Source of the DNA: Octopus vulgaris
Lineage: Eukaryota
Assembly: GCA_951406725.2 (NCBI GenBank)
Contig: OX597821.1
Coordinates: 59,644,001-59,708,000, forward strand
Direction of reading: 5' to 3'
Length of the DNA: 64,000 bases
Below are positions 11,603 through 23,070 of the stretch, in pieces. Numbering within the stretch: position 1 is the first letter of the stretch; each line of letters begins with the position of its first letter. The notes beneath the pieces are model-generated. The model saw only the letters and a program-made list of their open reading frames with translations, did not search any database and was not told where the DNA came from. The position numbers and the translations under genes were made by a program.

Positions 11603-12989
11603 AATATGAAGAAATACTGTAATTTTGCTTAGTGTCTTTGGAGCGATGGCCCCAAACTTCTTATAGCAGACCTAAGAAGCTATTTTCATATAAATGTTAT
11701 GTAATTATATACCTTAACATATGAATCAACAACTATAGAATTTATTGCCACCAAAAATGTAATGTTCAAAATCCAGTAGTTGAGAAGATAGTGATGTCAG
11801 AACAACAATGTTATGAAGAATGCCAGTTGAACAGCCTTCAGGAAAGTACATGATGAAGCAGTCTGTAGTGGTAGAAGCCAGATGCATTCTCATCGTTCAA
11901 TAATATCAATAGATAATTTGAGGAAAATAGCAAATGAAAAATTATTAGATAGTTTTGATTTCTTCCAGAAGGATTATGAAGATTACTTTTGGCAATGATT
12001 CAAGTGAATGGAATTACATTTTTAATGATGGTTTTCTATCTATTTTTTTGGTTCCTATACTATCCCAAGTTGTGAAATGCTTTTACAAATTCAGATTCCA
12101 GTGTGAAATATTAAAGTGTTTGTCACAGTTATGTGTCCTTCCTAGATATAACACATCAAATATATGTATTTCTTGCCAGGCCAACTTATGTGAACAGGAT
12201 AACAGATTTGTTCTAAACATTTTTACTAAATATTGATAAACAAATATGAAACTTCAGACACACTACAAAATACTTTATCATTAGAAATGACAAAACAATT
12301 TATGAACTCTGAAAAGTAGTGTGCCTGATATAAACTCTTGATACCAGCCTGCCTGAGACTGCCCCTCAGTCCTATGATATAAATTTCCTTCTTAACCTCA
12401 TAACATAGTATCCTGTATATTTTCATTCAGAGATTTCTAGTAAATATATATTTGAACGAAAATAAATGTTTACTGTACTCTGAGGTATGCCACTTATTTC
12501 TAACCCGAAATATTTCATTCATGATATTATTCCCATTTTCTATCATTAACTATCACTTTTACCAGTAACTTCATAATAAATCATAACTGACCAAAAATAA
12601 TTTGTATACTTGTTCTTCCTTATATACAGATTCAAAATAAATAATGAAAAAATATTTTTTTGGCATGGAAAATGAAAAAAAAATGTGTATGTTAAGAGAT
12701 TAAAGTGAACTAAATTAAAACTTTCCATCAAAATTATGTTAATTTATGTTCCAAACACGAAATTAATAAAACTATTTTACTAAATTCTTCATTATTTTTA
12801 AAATTAATTAAAACAACAGTAATATAATAACAAAAGTGTTAAACTCCGGGATTTCAAATCTGTACATTTTGTTGTTGAGTCTCAGGTGAGCTCTTAACAG
12901 ACGTATGATCAAAGGTATTCCAATCATAACCATTCCATCTTATTTTACTATATATCTGCCAACCCTACCATAGGTCCAGATCTTGTTAT

Positions 12990-13402
12990 GATGTGGTGGC
13001 TTTTAGGCCCCAATGAGCCCATGAGATATGCCAGCAGAAAGCAAGCTCTGGGTAGGGCCTCCCATACTGGACAAGTGAAAGGGTAGAGTCCAGATGAACA
13101 TAGATCACCTCTTCCCAGAGCTAAAAACGAGTTTGTGTAGAGCCAGCACCCCTAACTAGTAAAAGAAAAACATCAAAGATATGGAATCATCAATGACAAT
13201 TCAAAACCAACAAGAGCTGGAAGAAGGCCTTCTTTGGGGAAACACATCAGCATGGTGCAGCAAAATCTGAAAGAAAGCTGCAGCTGCAAGGAAGCAGGGA
13301 TCCAAATGGAGGGAAGCAGAAAAGACTGCTTAGAGTCAAGAACAGTGGAGAAAAGATAATGTTGATAGCCCATGTCCCATAAAAAGATGAGAAGCTTAAG
13401 TA
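12990..13402 (+). mobile_element. Degenerate bipartite non-autonomous RTE-like element
   Basis: RTE 5'UTR-like GGTAGGGCCTCCCATACTGGACAAGTGAAAGGGTAGAGTCCAGA joined to a 3'-end-like segment. Confidence 0.4.
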
Positions 13403-13989
13403 TCTAGCACCACAATATCGATTGTGTCCTTCCTTTTTCAAGATGATATATGGTTTTAGATAAATGTGATTGCTATTTCTTACAGATTAAGCAATCATAT
13501 AGAGATCTTTCACTGACTTCATATTTTTGTTAATAGTAACTTGCATTAAATACTAAATTCAAGTTTTCATTGCAATGGCATATTTTATCCATCATAGGAG
13601 AATCCCTGTCACTGGATTCAAACCATCCTCTAACAATTTTTTTTTCATGTTAAACTCTCTCACTCTCTCTCTCTCTCTCAAATAATACCCATTTCAATAG
13701 CAACAATCATAATTACTTCAAAGTGACAGACTATTGAGTAAATAATATTAGACCACTATCAATACTAAAACAGATAACTGGAGCTTGGGAAGCTCTCTAG
13801 CAGGCCAGCTCTTGTCAAACAATCCAACCCATGCCAGCATGGCAAATAGATTTTAAATGATGGTGGTTTTTGTTTTAGAAATACCTTTGAAAAGTGATTC
13901 ACTTCATGTTGTTGAAAGATATATACTAATATTTAAACAATTTATCTAAAAACTAATTCCCAGAGGTGCTGACAATTTATATATTTTCT

Positions 13990-14350
13990 TTTATTCTTTT
14001 ACTTGTTTCAGTCATTTGACTGCAGCCATGTTGGAGCACCACCTTTAGTCAAACAAATTGACCCCAGTACCTATTCTATCATTCTCTTTTGCTGAACCGC
14101 TAAGTTATGGAAACATAAAACACACCAACATCACTTGTCAAGCAATGGTGGGGGGACAAACACAGACACACACATACATAAATCTACATATATTAGACAG
14201 GCTTCTTTCAGTTTCCGTCTACCAAATCTACTCATAAGGATTTGGTCAGCCTGAGGCTATAGTAGGAGACACTTGCCCAAGATGCCACGCAGTGGGACTG
14301 AACCCGGAACCATGTTGTTGAGAAGCAAGCTTCTTACCACACAGCCACTA
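13990..14350 (-). mobile_element. SINE family A
   Basis: Colinear with family consensus. Confidence 0.85.
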
Positions 14351-14409
14351 CTATTGTATGTTAATATCTCAATAAATTACATGATAATTTCACATATTAA
14401 CACTCAATT

Positions 14410-14520
14410 CAGGTACAAGAGAAACAGGAAGAAAGAGTGAGAGAAAGTTGTGGTGAAAGAGTACAGAAGGATTTGCCACCACCCACTGCCGGAGCCTCGT
14501 GGAGCTTTAGGTGTTTTCGA
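14410..14520 (-). mobile_element. SINE family B fragment
   Basis: Matches 15830-15945 and 41770-41870. Confidence 0.75.
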
Positions 14521-14606
14521 ATAGAGTTTTAGGTAGCAAAATTAAAATATATAAGTAGATAGAATATTTTCACCAAAACGGAAAGTTGACTAAAATTCAT
14601 TCATGT

Positions 14607-14940
14607 AGGAACAGGTATGGCTGTGTGCTTAAAAACTTTGCAACCACATGAATTCGGGTTCAGTCCTCATGCAGCACTTTGAGCAAGTGTCTTCGACTAT
14701 AGCCAAGCTAACCAATACCTTGCGTGTGAATTAGGTAAACAGATTCTGTGTGGAAGCTCATCAGGTGCATGTGTGTGTGTATCTTCAGACACCACGTAAC
14801 AACTAGTGTTGGTTTGTTTACATCTCCATAGCTTAGCAGTTTGGCAAAAGGGATAATAAAGTAAGTAGCAAGCTTTAAAAAAAAGTACTGGGGTCAATTT
14901 GTTTAAGGTGGTGCTCCAGCATGGCCGTATTCCAATACCT
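14607..14940 (+). mobile_element. SINE family A, diverged
   Basis: Head GGTATGGCTGTGTGCTTAA through GGTGCTCCAGCATGGCC. Confidence 0.75.
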
Positions 14941-15279
14941 GACACTAATTTTGCTTAGTTAATACGAAAGGACTTAGCGTTTAGTCTTCGTGTTCTTTTA
15001 TTGTTGTATATCTGTAATAAATAATCCACCCCAAAAAGTACTGTTAGGCTAAAGATTTTTTGAAATTATCTGTAATCTACCAAAGATGGTTTTCCAGAAA
15101 ATTCTTCAGATTATTTTGTTCTTATACCCTCCACTAATTCTATAGATTGGGAGAGCAGATATTTTACCAATTCCACAACTGAGTCAGAACACTTGGTTAT
15201 TAGCAAACTTTGGACAAGTGTCCAACTTCACTCTGTAATTCTTGTAAAACGCTTTAGAAAGCAGTGGAATAGGCTACGC

Positions 15280-15453
15280 CACGTAGCTAAAAGGGGAGCA
15301 AGAGGAGCGACCGCTCTCCTTGAGCACATTCTTCAAAATTGACCCCTTTTATAAAATGTATAATCGATGAGTTAAAATTTGTTTGGTATGTATCATGGCG
15401 CCTTTTTTTTTATGAGCTCACTCCCCCTAACATTAGAACCTGGCTACGTTCCT
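15280..15453. mobile_element. Small MITE with degenerate TIRs
   Basis: CACGTAGCTA near the left end and TGGCTACGTTCCTG at the right end. Confidence 0.45.
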
Positions 15454-15652
15454 GTTAGTTTTATATACATAAATACTTCAGATCACATCAATAGTACTGA
15501 TAAGGAAACAATCTAGGAAGCAGGTTTCAAACTGTTTGCTTTTTATGTGCCCTCTGGTACTCTTTTTCTTTGACACAATAAACAACAACATTAGGACTTT
15601 GTACAAAATGAACATTTATAAGCTCAGTTCCAGTCAAGGTACATAAACATCG

Positions 15653-15991
15653 TGGCAGTCCGTCGGTTACGACGATGAGGGTTCCAGTTGATCCGATCAT
15701 CAGAACAGCTTGCTCGTGAAATTAACGTGCAAGTGGCTGAGCACTCCACAGACACGTATACCATACCCTTAACGTAGTTCTCAGAGGAGATTCAGCGGAA
15801 CACAGAGTGTGACAAGGCTGGCCCTTTGAAATACAGGTACAAAAGAAACAGGAAGAAAGAGTAAGAGAAAGTTGCGGTGAAAGAGTATAGAAGGGTTCGC
15901 CACCACCCACTGCCGGACCCTCGTGGAGCTTTAGGTGTTTTCGCTCAATAAACACTGACAACGCCCGTCTGGGAATCGAAACCGCGAGTCC
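15653..15991 (-). mobile_element. SINE family B, head partly deleted
   Basis: Reverse complement matches the full copy at 41674-42040. Confidence 0.85.
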
Positions 15992-16022
15992 ACATATACA
16001 TATGCATGGTACATAGACATGT

Positions 16023-16148
16023 AGGCGCAGGAGTGGCTGTGTGGTAAGTAGCCTGCTAACCAGCCACATGGTTCCGGGTTCAGTCCCCGGGCCGACCAAT
16101 GCCTTGTGAGTGGATTTGGTAGACGGAAACTGAAAGAAGCCTGTCGTG

Positions 16149-16205
<57 letters not shown>

Positions 16206-16400
16206 TTGTGTGTCTGTGTTTCTCCCCCTAGCATTGCTTGACAACCGATGCAGGTGTGTTTACGTCCCCGTCACTTAGCGGTTCGGCAAAAGAGACCGAT
16301 AGAATAAGTACTGGGCTTACAAAGAATAAGTCCCGGGGTCGATTTGCGGTGCTCCAGCATGGCTGCAGTCAAATGACTGAAACAAGTAAAAGAGTAAAGA
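16023..16400 (+). mobile_element. SINE family A, young, with two internal deletions
   Basis: GGCGCAGGAGTGGCTGTGTGG head, (TA)n, and CAGTCAAATGACTGAAACAAGTAAAAGAG tail. Confidence 0.9.
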
Positions 16401-16484
16401 GTATGTACGTGCGCAGGGAACTTGATGACGAAGAGAAACTAAACTAAAAAATATTTTACACAAATTAAAACTATGAATAAATAC

Positions 16485-16695
16485 AGTGTGGAAGACACAT
16501 TAGCCATTCAAAAGCACATAAAAATTGTTCACTTTGGTGTCAACATTTTCGTCGCACCAAATGTGACCTTAGTCACTGGACATGGTTCCACTGGAGTTGG
16601 GGAGACGAACATGTTGACACCAAATAAATAAATGTTTAAGTGTAGTTATCGGTTTCCGTGTGTGCTTTTGAATGGCTCAAAGTGTCTTCCACACT
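16485..16695. mobile_element. MITE / fold-back element
   Basis: AGTGTGGAAGACACATTAGCCATTCAAAAGCAC versus GTGCTTTTGAATGGCTCAAAGTGTCTTCCACACT; inner inverted pair TTTGGTGTCAACAT / ATGTTGACACCAAA. Confidence 0.8.
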
Positions 16696-16836
16696 AATTG
16701 TTTTAGCTTCAGCACAATCTCAGATCTGACTTATTTTCAATAGCAGTAACCACACCTCGAGTAACTGTCATTGGCTATGATACCGCCTCTAAAATTATAA
16801 AACAGGAAAACGAAGTGAATTGTTCGAAATAGTTAA

Positions 16837-17008
16837 CGCAGGTGTGGCTGTGTGGTAATTGCTTGCTTACGAACCACATGGTTCCGGGCTCAGTCCCACT
16901 GCGTGGCACCTTGGGCGTCTTCTACTATAGCCTCGGGCCGACCAAGGCCTTGTGAGTGGATTTGGTAGACGGAAACTGAAAGAAGCCCGTCGTATATATG
17001 TATGTATG

Positions 17009-17041
<33 letters not shown>

Positions 17042-17243
17042 TAGTGTTTGTCCCCCCAACATCGCTTGACAACCGATTCTGGTGTGTTTACGTCCCTGTT
17101 ACCTTGCGGTTCGGCAAATGTGGCCGATAGAATAAGTACTAGGCGTACAAAGAATAAGTCCTGGGGTTGATTTGCTCGACTAAAGGCGGTGCTCCAGCAT
17201 GGCCACAGTCAAACGACTGAAACCAGTAAAAGAGAGTAAAGAG
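16837..17243 (+). mobile_element. SINE family A, full length, CpG-retaining
   Basis: Pol III A/B-box-like head (GTGGCTGTGTGGT; GGCTCAGTCCC), complete body and tail. Confidence 0.9.
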
Positions 17244-17642
17244 TACCAGTGCTGAAAGCATAGTTTAATATGAAGTGAAAACTTAGTAGTTATTCCCCAA
17301 AATTGCTTATGCCTTCGCTTACCCTCTATTGTTTCATGGGTTAAGTAGGTTTATCAAAGTGCAATAAAACAGCTGATAACCCTTTCAAAAGTCATTCAAA
17401 TAGACTCAACATATCAAAAGTCAAAATTTAACATCTTTAGGTAATTTGAAGTTTTTACCACCAAGTGATAGAGACACATGCCAAAACTAAACAGTCTAAC
17501 AAGAAGAGGGTCATTTTTTTTTTTTTTTTACTTTCCATGAAACAAATAGCTTTAAGATATAAAGTAGTCGGTACTACTTCAATACAGAGGTTCCTAAAAA
17601 CTAACCCTACGGATATTTAAGTAGTGCCAAGTAGTCTACTAA

Positions 17643-17995
17643 TCTCTCTATATATAAAGCTGAAGTTGTCTGCGTATGGCAGGTTTGGTAGCCTTCAACT
17701 AACACGATCTCGCAAGTTGACCAAAATTGAGAGTATGATAGAAGAAGGTTTGCTCTTGAAAAAATTCAAATCGGACCATGTTAACACCAAAAATTATTTA
17801 CATCAAAAAGGTGCTTTTTTTCTATGAAAATACATATTTTTTAACGATTTTTTTGACGGCTGTGTCGCCATTTTTCGGTGTATTTCAACCAGAAAAATGT
17901 TCATTTTTGCTACATAATGCAAAACTTTTACTTTTCAAAAATTCCAATTCTAAAGGGTCGAAACAAACCCGAGCAACGCCGGGCGATACTGCTAG
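17643..17995 (+). mobile_element. Non-autonomous Helitron
   Basis: Inserted between A and T; 5' TCTCTCTATATATAAAG; 3' hairpin CCCGAGCAACGCCGGG followed by CTAG. Confidence 0.85.
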
Positions 17996-20184
17996 TGTTC
18001 CTAAAAACTAACCCTACGGGTATTTAAGTAGTGCCAAGTAGTCTACTAATTAGTCTTCATGGTAAGTTCATAACTAACAAATACCAAAATGAGAGTAACA
18101 AGTACTAAAAGAACGATTCTACATTCTTTGAGTTTGTACGAAGCCATTTAGTTTTTGGAAAGCAAATACGACTAAGGAAGGGTGAACGAACATTTAAAGT
18201 ACTTTGTAAATGATATTAGAGTGAAGATACTTAGGCACGTGTTGAGAAAATATTAAGAGAAGCCAGGTGTGAAATAAATCGATGAGAAGCCTATTTTGAG
18301 ATGTCTCTGTGTACATAATAATGCTGTTCACTGGACAGAACCAAACAAAACCAATACACGTGCAACATGGCTACCGATATTTTCTCTGCAGCAACAGATA
18401 TGATCAATAAAATATATAAATAAATGCTGACAGCTTTATATCGCAGTTCAGAGAACTCATTCGAGACATAATATGAATGCTAGAGGGCAATGAGTAAATG
18501 GCATAACTGAATAAATTGAAGGGCTTGTTTATTATTTTCATAATATTTTCATTTAAGATTAACTTATAGTTTATGGTAACGTTTACAACAAATAAATTAA
18601 TGTTAATTAATGTATTTCTTTACAGCATTAACGTATCGACAAGTCATTCAGAAGCATAATTTATGACATTCAGTCACCAACTCGAAGTAGAAGTAAATGC
18701 CAACAGAATCAAACCACTGAATTTTATTGTAAATTAGACGGAGGGGTCGGGCCATAAATTACTTCGCATAGTGATCATTTAATTATCTTTCTCTGTGTCC
18801 ACTTGTGAATGTGTGTGTGTGTGTTATACACACTGACCAAAAAATAATTCCGAACAATCGTTCTTGTAACTTAGCGAGAATTCTAAAATATTGCTTGACA
18901 TCGGGAGACTTCCAGAGGTTTCGGAAATACAGAATTAACTGTAACTTGGATGCTGTGTTCTAATACAGCACCCAAGTTAAGTTGAAGAGAAAGAACCATA
19001 ATGACGTTTGCGTTTTTGTGTTGAAAACTTAGGTTCGTTTCCAGTTTGACCTTGTAGTTAGTTATATAACTGGTACCTATGTTAGCGGAGTTTGGAATAG
19101 CATATGAGGAAATCCCCCCCAAAAAAACTGAAATTTTTGTAACTTAAGGATACAAAAAGAAAAATAACTGAAGGAAAACAGACCCAGTTGCTTAATCTTC
19201 TTCTCCCCTATGAAGAAATGATAGTTTTTTCCCGAAACTCTGACCTTATCGACACAGAGATTAAAATAAAAGGAGACATTACGACTCTAGAGTGATTTGA
19301 ACTAAAACAAAAAAAAAACTTCCGCCAAATGCACTTTCACTTTCTTTCCTCATAACATGGGACGTCTGCTCAGAAGGCGGTTACAGGGGTTTCGTGGTCT
19401 GTGAAAAATTTAGAAATATTTATTTGTAAGAGATAGCTTGTCAAATGTGAATAAACAAATAATAAGGCATGTTCTTTCTCTAAGTGCAATATCGAAACGA
19501 AAAAAAAAATCATCGATGTATAAAAAAAATCAAAAATTTATTCGGATTTATTTTACAATTGAAAATAAATTAAATTAATCTGTAAGAACTCGGATTAATT
19601 TGATTCTCTAATCTACTGCTTATTTATCAATAAAGAAGGTAGAAAAATAGAAGTTAACTGAACGTATTGTCCTAGGCAGTCGATACAAGGAAAACAAACA
19701 CACACGCATATACTGTTCGACAATATCTATTATACATAACACAGAATAAATTAGACGAACCGAAATTTAAATATAAAATCTTAACATACTCTAATACGCG
19801 GAAAAAAGGCTTTATAATACTTGAATTTATTACATTTTCTGTTCAATTAGTGCTCGGCAACAGCAATGAACGTGCTTACTGAAATAACATCGAACATTTC
19901 CACTTAATAAATTCATTGAAATGAAGTATATACTAAATATGTATTTTAAAACAAGTGTCTCTTAAACACGGACGAGAAGTATCTAAATATAGAAAGTTAA
20001 TTTATTTCATCAAGAATAGCGGGGTAAATTCCTTGAGTAAATACATGCACCAATATATGCATGAACGAAGGAAAGAATGAATGAAGAATATTAAAAATGG
20101 ATTAAGGGAATAAACTAGAAATACTAGGAAGGAGTTAAAAGAACTGTACACTTGTGCATGAAGAAGACTACTCGCTTGATTTGC

Positions 20185-20345
20185 AACGATAGCAGCTAAA
20201 TTTCCCTCAAATTGCATCCTACCATTTTATACAAGGATAGGACACGATGGATACAATACAACCATAAAAAGACAGGATGGTCATGTTTGGAATGCCTTAG
20301 AACATAGGCCTGCTTGATCAAATTGATTTGGATTAAGCAACAGCA
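20185..20345 (+). mobile_element. Ancient repeat family F; further copies near 8920, 12890, 13430, 32940, 33240, 37020, 48340, 57130-57500 and 59350-59655
   Basis: Shared AGCAGCTAAAT.TCCCTCAAAT..GGATGGTCA..TGGAATGCCTT..CATAGG..TGCT.GATCA motifs. Confidence 0.6.
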
Positions 20346-21722
20346 ATAATCATGTAGACTGTTGCTTATACCGGTCATGTCTTGCACTGATGAATGATGA
20401 TCGATATAATTGCCGTTAGAGGTTAAACATAAAGAAAAGATTATTTTTATCGTCAGCCAATTCATTCTTTGATTTTTATACACCCACATACTTAATTTAA
20501 GAGCAAACAACAAGCTTCACCTAATTTACTCCAAACTAGTTTAAAAACTTACACGACGCGTAACTGGAAAAAGTTGATTTATTTATATTTTATTTTCCTA
20601 TAATATTTCATTTATGCTTGTCGTTACCCATTATCAGTTATTTTATTTTCATTTAATTTCTTTTTAATAAAAAAAAAAAAACCCCAGCTTAATAAGAATC
20701 GCTCTGCACGATGTGGTAGTCTACAGGTGGGAAAATTTTTAACGGTTTACAACACTTAATTACGAAAACGTACGTGCGCGTGAGTATGTGTTTGAAGCAG
20801 AAACGGATCCATAAAAAAAAAAAACACATGTTGAAATATATATATAACGGAAAAAAATTTTGATTTTGCCAAGTCTCAACCGTAAGGTACGCAAATTCGT
20901 TTCCACCTGGGTATAAATTTAATAAAGGAAGTGTGATGACTAATCCCATGAGATATATGTGTGTGTGTGTTATAGATCGTCCGTGTGTTTCTTTTTCGGA
21001 TTTCTGTTTACGGACGATATATATACTCAATATATGTCCTGTCCCCATATATGCATGTATATATATATACATGTAGGTATGTATATATATGTATGTATAT
21101 ATGCATATATTTATAATATATCATATGTATATATTATTATTATTATTATTATTATACAATATGTGTGTGTGTGTGATAAGTACATAACGCGGGTATGTGT
21201 GCGTTTACAAAGTGTATGTATGTAATGTAGATAGATAAAATGTTATGTGAGCTGACGGATGGTATATTATGCAACAAGTCTAGAGTTTCATACCTCGAAC
21301 TCCTATAACTAATACAAAATTATATATTCTCAGCTTCTTTGTATTGAGTTTCATTTCCATGAGAAAAGTATAACCTAATACATACAGAAAAATAGGAGGC
21401 ATCACGAAATACATGTATTATTTGGTACTCAATCTTGTAAACCTCTTCTGATGGACAGGAAATTCTATTTTTTGTCTTTGCTATCGAAACGGCTAATACT
21501 AACGACTTGTAAGTCTTTCATCACCACCACTACCACCTCTGTAAAAGAAATCCTATAATCAAGTTAATTACTTCTTGTAAATGAAAGTTGTACGCAAGAC
21601 ATGATCTGCAGACACAGCACAGAGAAAAAGCACGCTTATATACAGACTGGGTTTAATTGAGGAAATTCGCATTCGAAGAATCTCAATCAAAAAAGGAATG
21701 AATGAACATATTAATTACTCAC

Positions 21723-21934
21723 CTTGCATTAGAGTTTTAAATCATACTACAGTATATAAGGTATATCCATCCGAGAGACAAACACTGCCGTCGAATGATA
21801 GCTTTATCATAGAAATATTTTAGCTTGTGGAAAGACAAAAATGTTTAAATATCGCCGGTAGTAATAAAATAATAATTTTAAAATAGTCGAGACAAGATTT
21901 ACATACATCGACAGTACAACAACTCGGCTGCTAT
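21723..21934 (-). other. Candidate first exon of a minus-strand gene; 5'UTR with short uORFs, possibly ending ATG CAA G
   Basis: Strong donor AAG|GTGAGT (plus-strand ACTCAC at 21717-21722), unique CpG-retaining sequence, and a TATA ~31 nt upstream of a CA initiator at ~21934. Confidence 0.55.
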
Positions 21935-21944
21935 GCCAGACGTT

Positions 21945-22021
21945 TGAGTCATCTGCTGTTATATAAACGTCACTTCCGTCCGTTTATGTAACGACTTAAC
22001 CGGACAAGTTAATACGTCCGG
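21945..22021 (-). promoter_or_regulatory. Core promoter: overlapping ETS-CRE motif, TATA box and AP-1 site
   Basis: Minus strand reads CGGAAGTGACGT (21978-21967), TATATAA (21965-21959), TGACTCA (21951-21945), within a CpG-retaining domain ~16.5-22.6 kb. Confidence 0.6.
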
Positions 22022-22376
22022 TATTGAACCTGATTTAACATGTTGAAAAGTTGTTCGGTTATATAGTTTGCTTCTTTTTTTTTAATTTAAATTACGGTTT
22101 TCTTTGTTTTTTTTATAAAATATATAATTGTAATTTATTGATGAAATGCGAAGAATTCAACTAATTCACAAGAGAAAATTTGAAAAAAAAAATTAAATCC
22201 AATGATAAAATGGATAAAAAGTGGGTTGATGTCATTTTATTAATATACATTTTATAATTTAATAAATATTTAGCAATTAATATGTACATAAAATTATATA
22301 TATATATCGTTTGTAGAAATACATAAATCCAGAGGAGAAACACACTCTTAAGATGTAGAGTAGTTAATATTATAAC

Positions 22377-22590
22377 GAGGGAGGCCGGTTTATGGGGTTA
22401 CTCTGGGTTTCCCGTTCATATGGGATAATGCTGGCCTAAGATCTCTTCAAAATATGGAGGGAGGTATTTCCCCCTCCATGTTTTGAAGAGGTCTTACTTA
22501 GGCCAGCAGTGTCTGGGGTCTGAAAATACGCTGTAAAGCTAAACCCCTTGTGAGCGAGAAACCCAGGGTAACCCCATAAACTGGACTCCA

Positions 22591-22592
<2 letters not shown>
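22377..22592. mobile_element. Fold-back (palindromic) MITE abutting (TA)n
   Basis: Outer arms GGTTTATGGGGTTACTCTGGGTTTC / GAAACCCAGGGTAACCCCATAAAC; inner hairpin TGCTGGCCTAAG..CTCTTCAAAATATGGAGGG / CCCTCCATGTTTTGAAGAG..CTTAGGCCAGCA. Confidence 0.8.
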
Positions 22593-22626
<34 letters not shown>

Positions 22627-22714
22627 TGCAGACATGACACACACACACAATCCATCCAGCCATACATACACACATACTTACAAGTGCGCACGCACACACA
22701 CAAGATAGATAACA

Positions 22715-23070
22715 TAGGCGCAGGCATAGTTGTGTGGTTAAGAAGCTTGATTTGCAACCACTTGGTTTCTGGTTGTCCCACAGTACAGCATCCTCAGCAG
22801 ATCTTTTCCACTATAGCCCAGGGCCAATCAAATTCACTCACAATACCTTGTGAGTGAATTTGATAGAAGCTATGTTGAAGTCCACCATATTTGTATATGC
22901 ATACAAATGAGTTTGTGTTTTCCCTCTCCCACCCTGCTTCCACTTGACAACCGTTGTTGGTTTGTTTACATCCCCGTAACTTAATGATTCAGCAATAAGA
23001 GGCCAGTAGAATAAATACCAAACTTAAAAAATAACTTTTGGCTAAACCTTTCATGGTGGTACTCCATGGT
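22715..23070 (+). mobile_element. SINE family A, diverged
   Basis: GGCGCAGGCATAGTTGTGTGG head and colinear body. Confidence 0.75.

Noticed and set aside
22490-22530. TTGAAGA..GAAA in the fold-back element as a ribozyme
   Set aside because: GAAA does not follow the stem directly and there is no stem I or III
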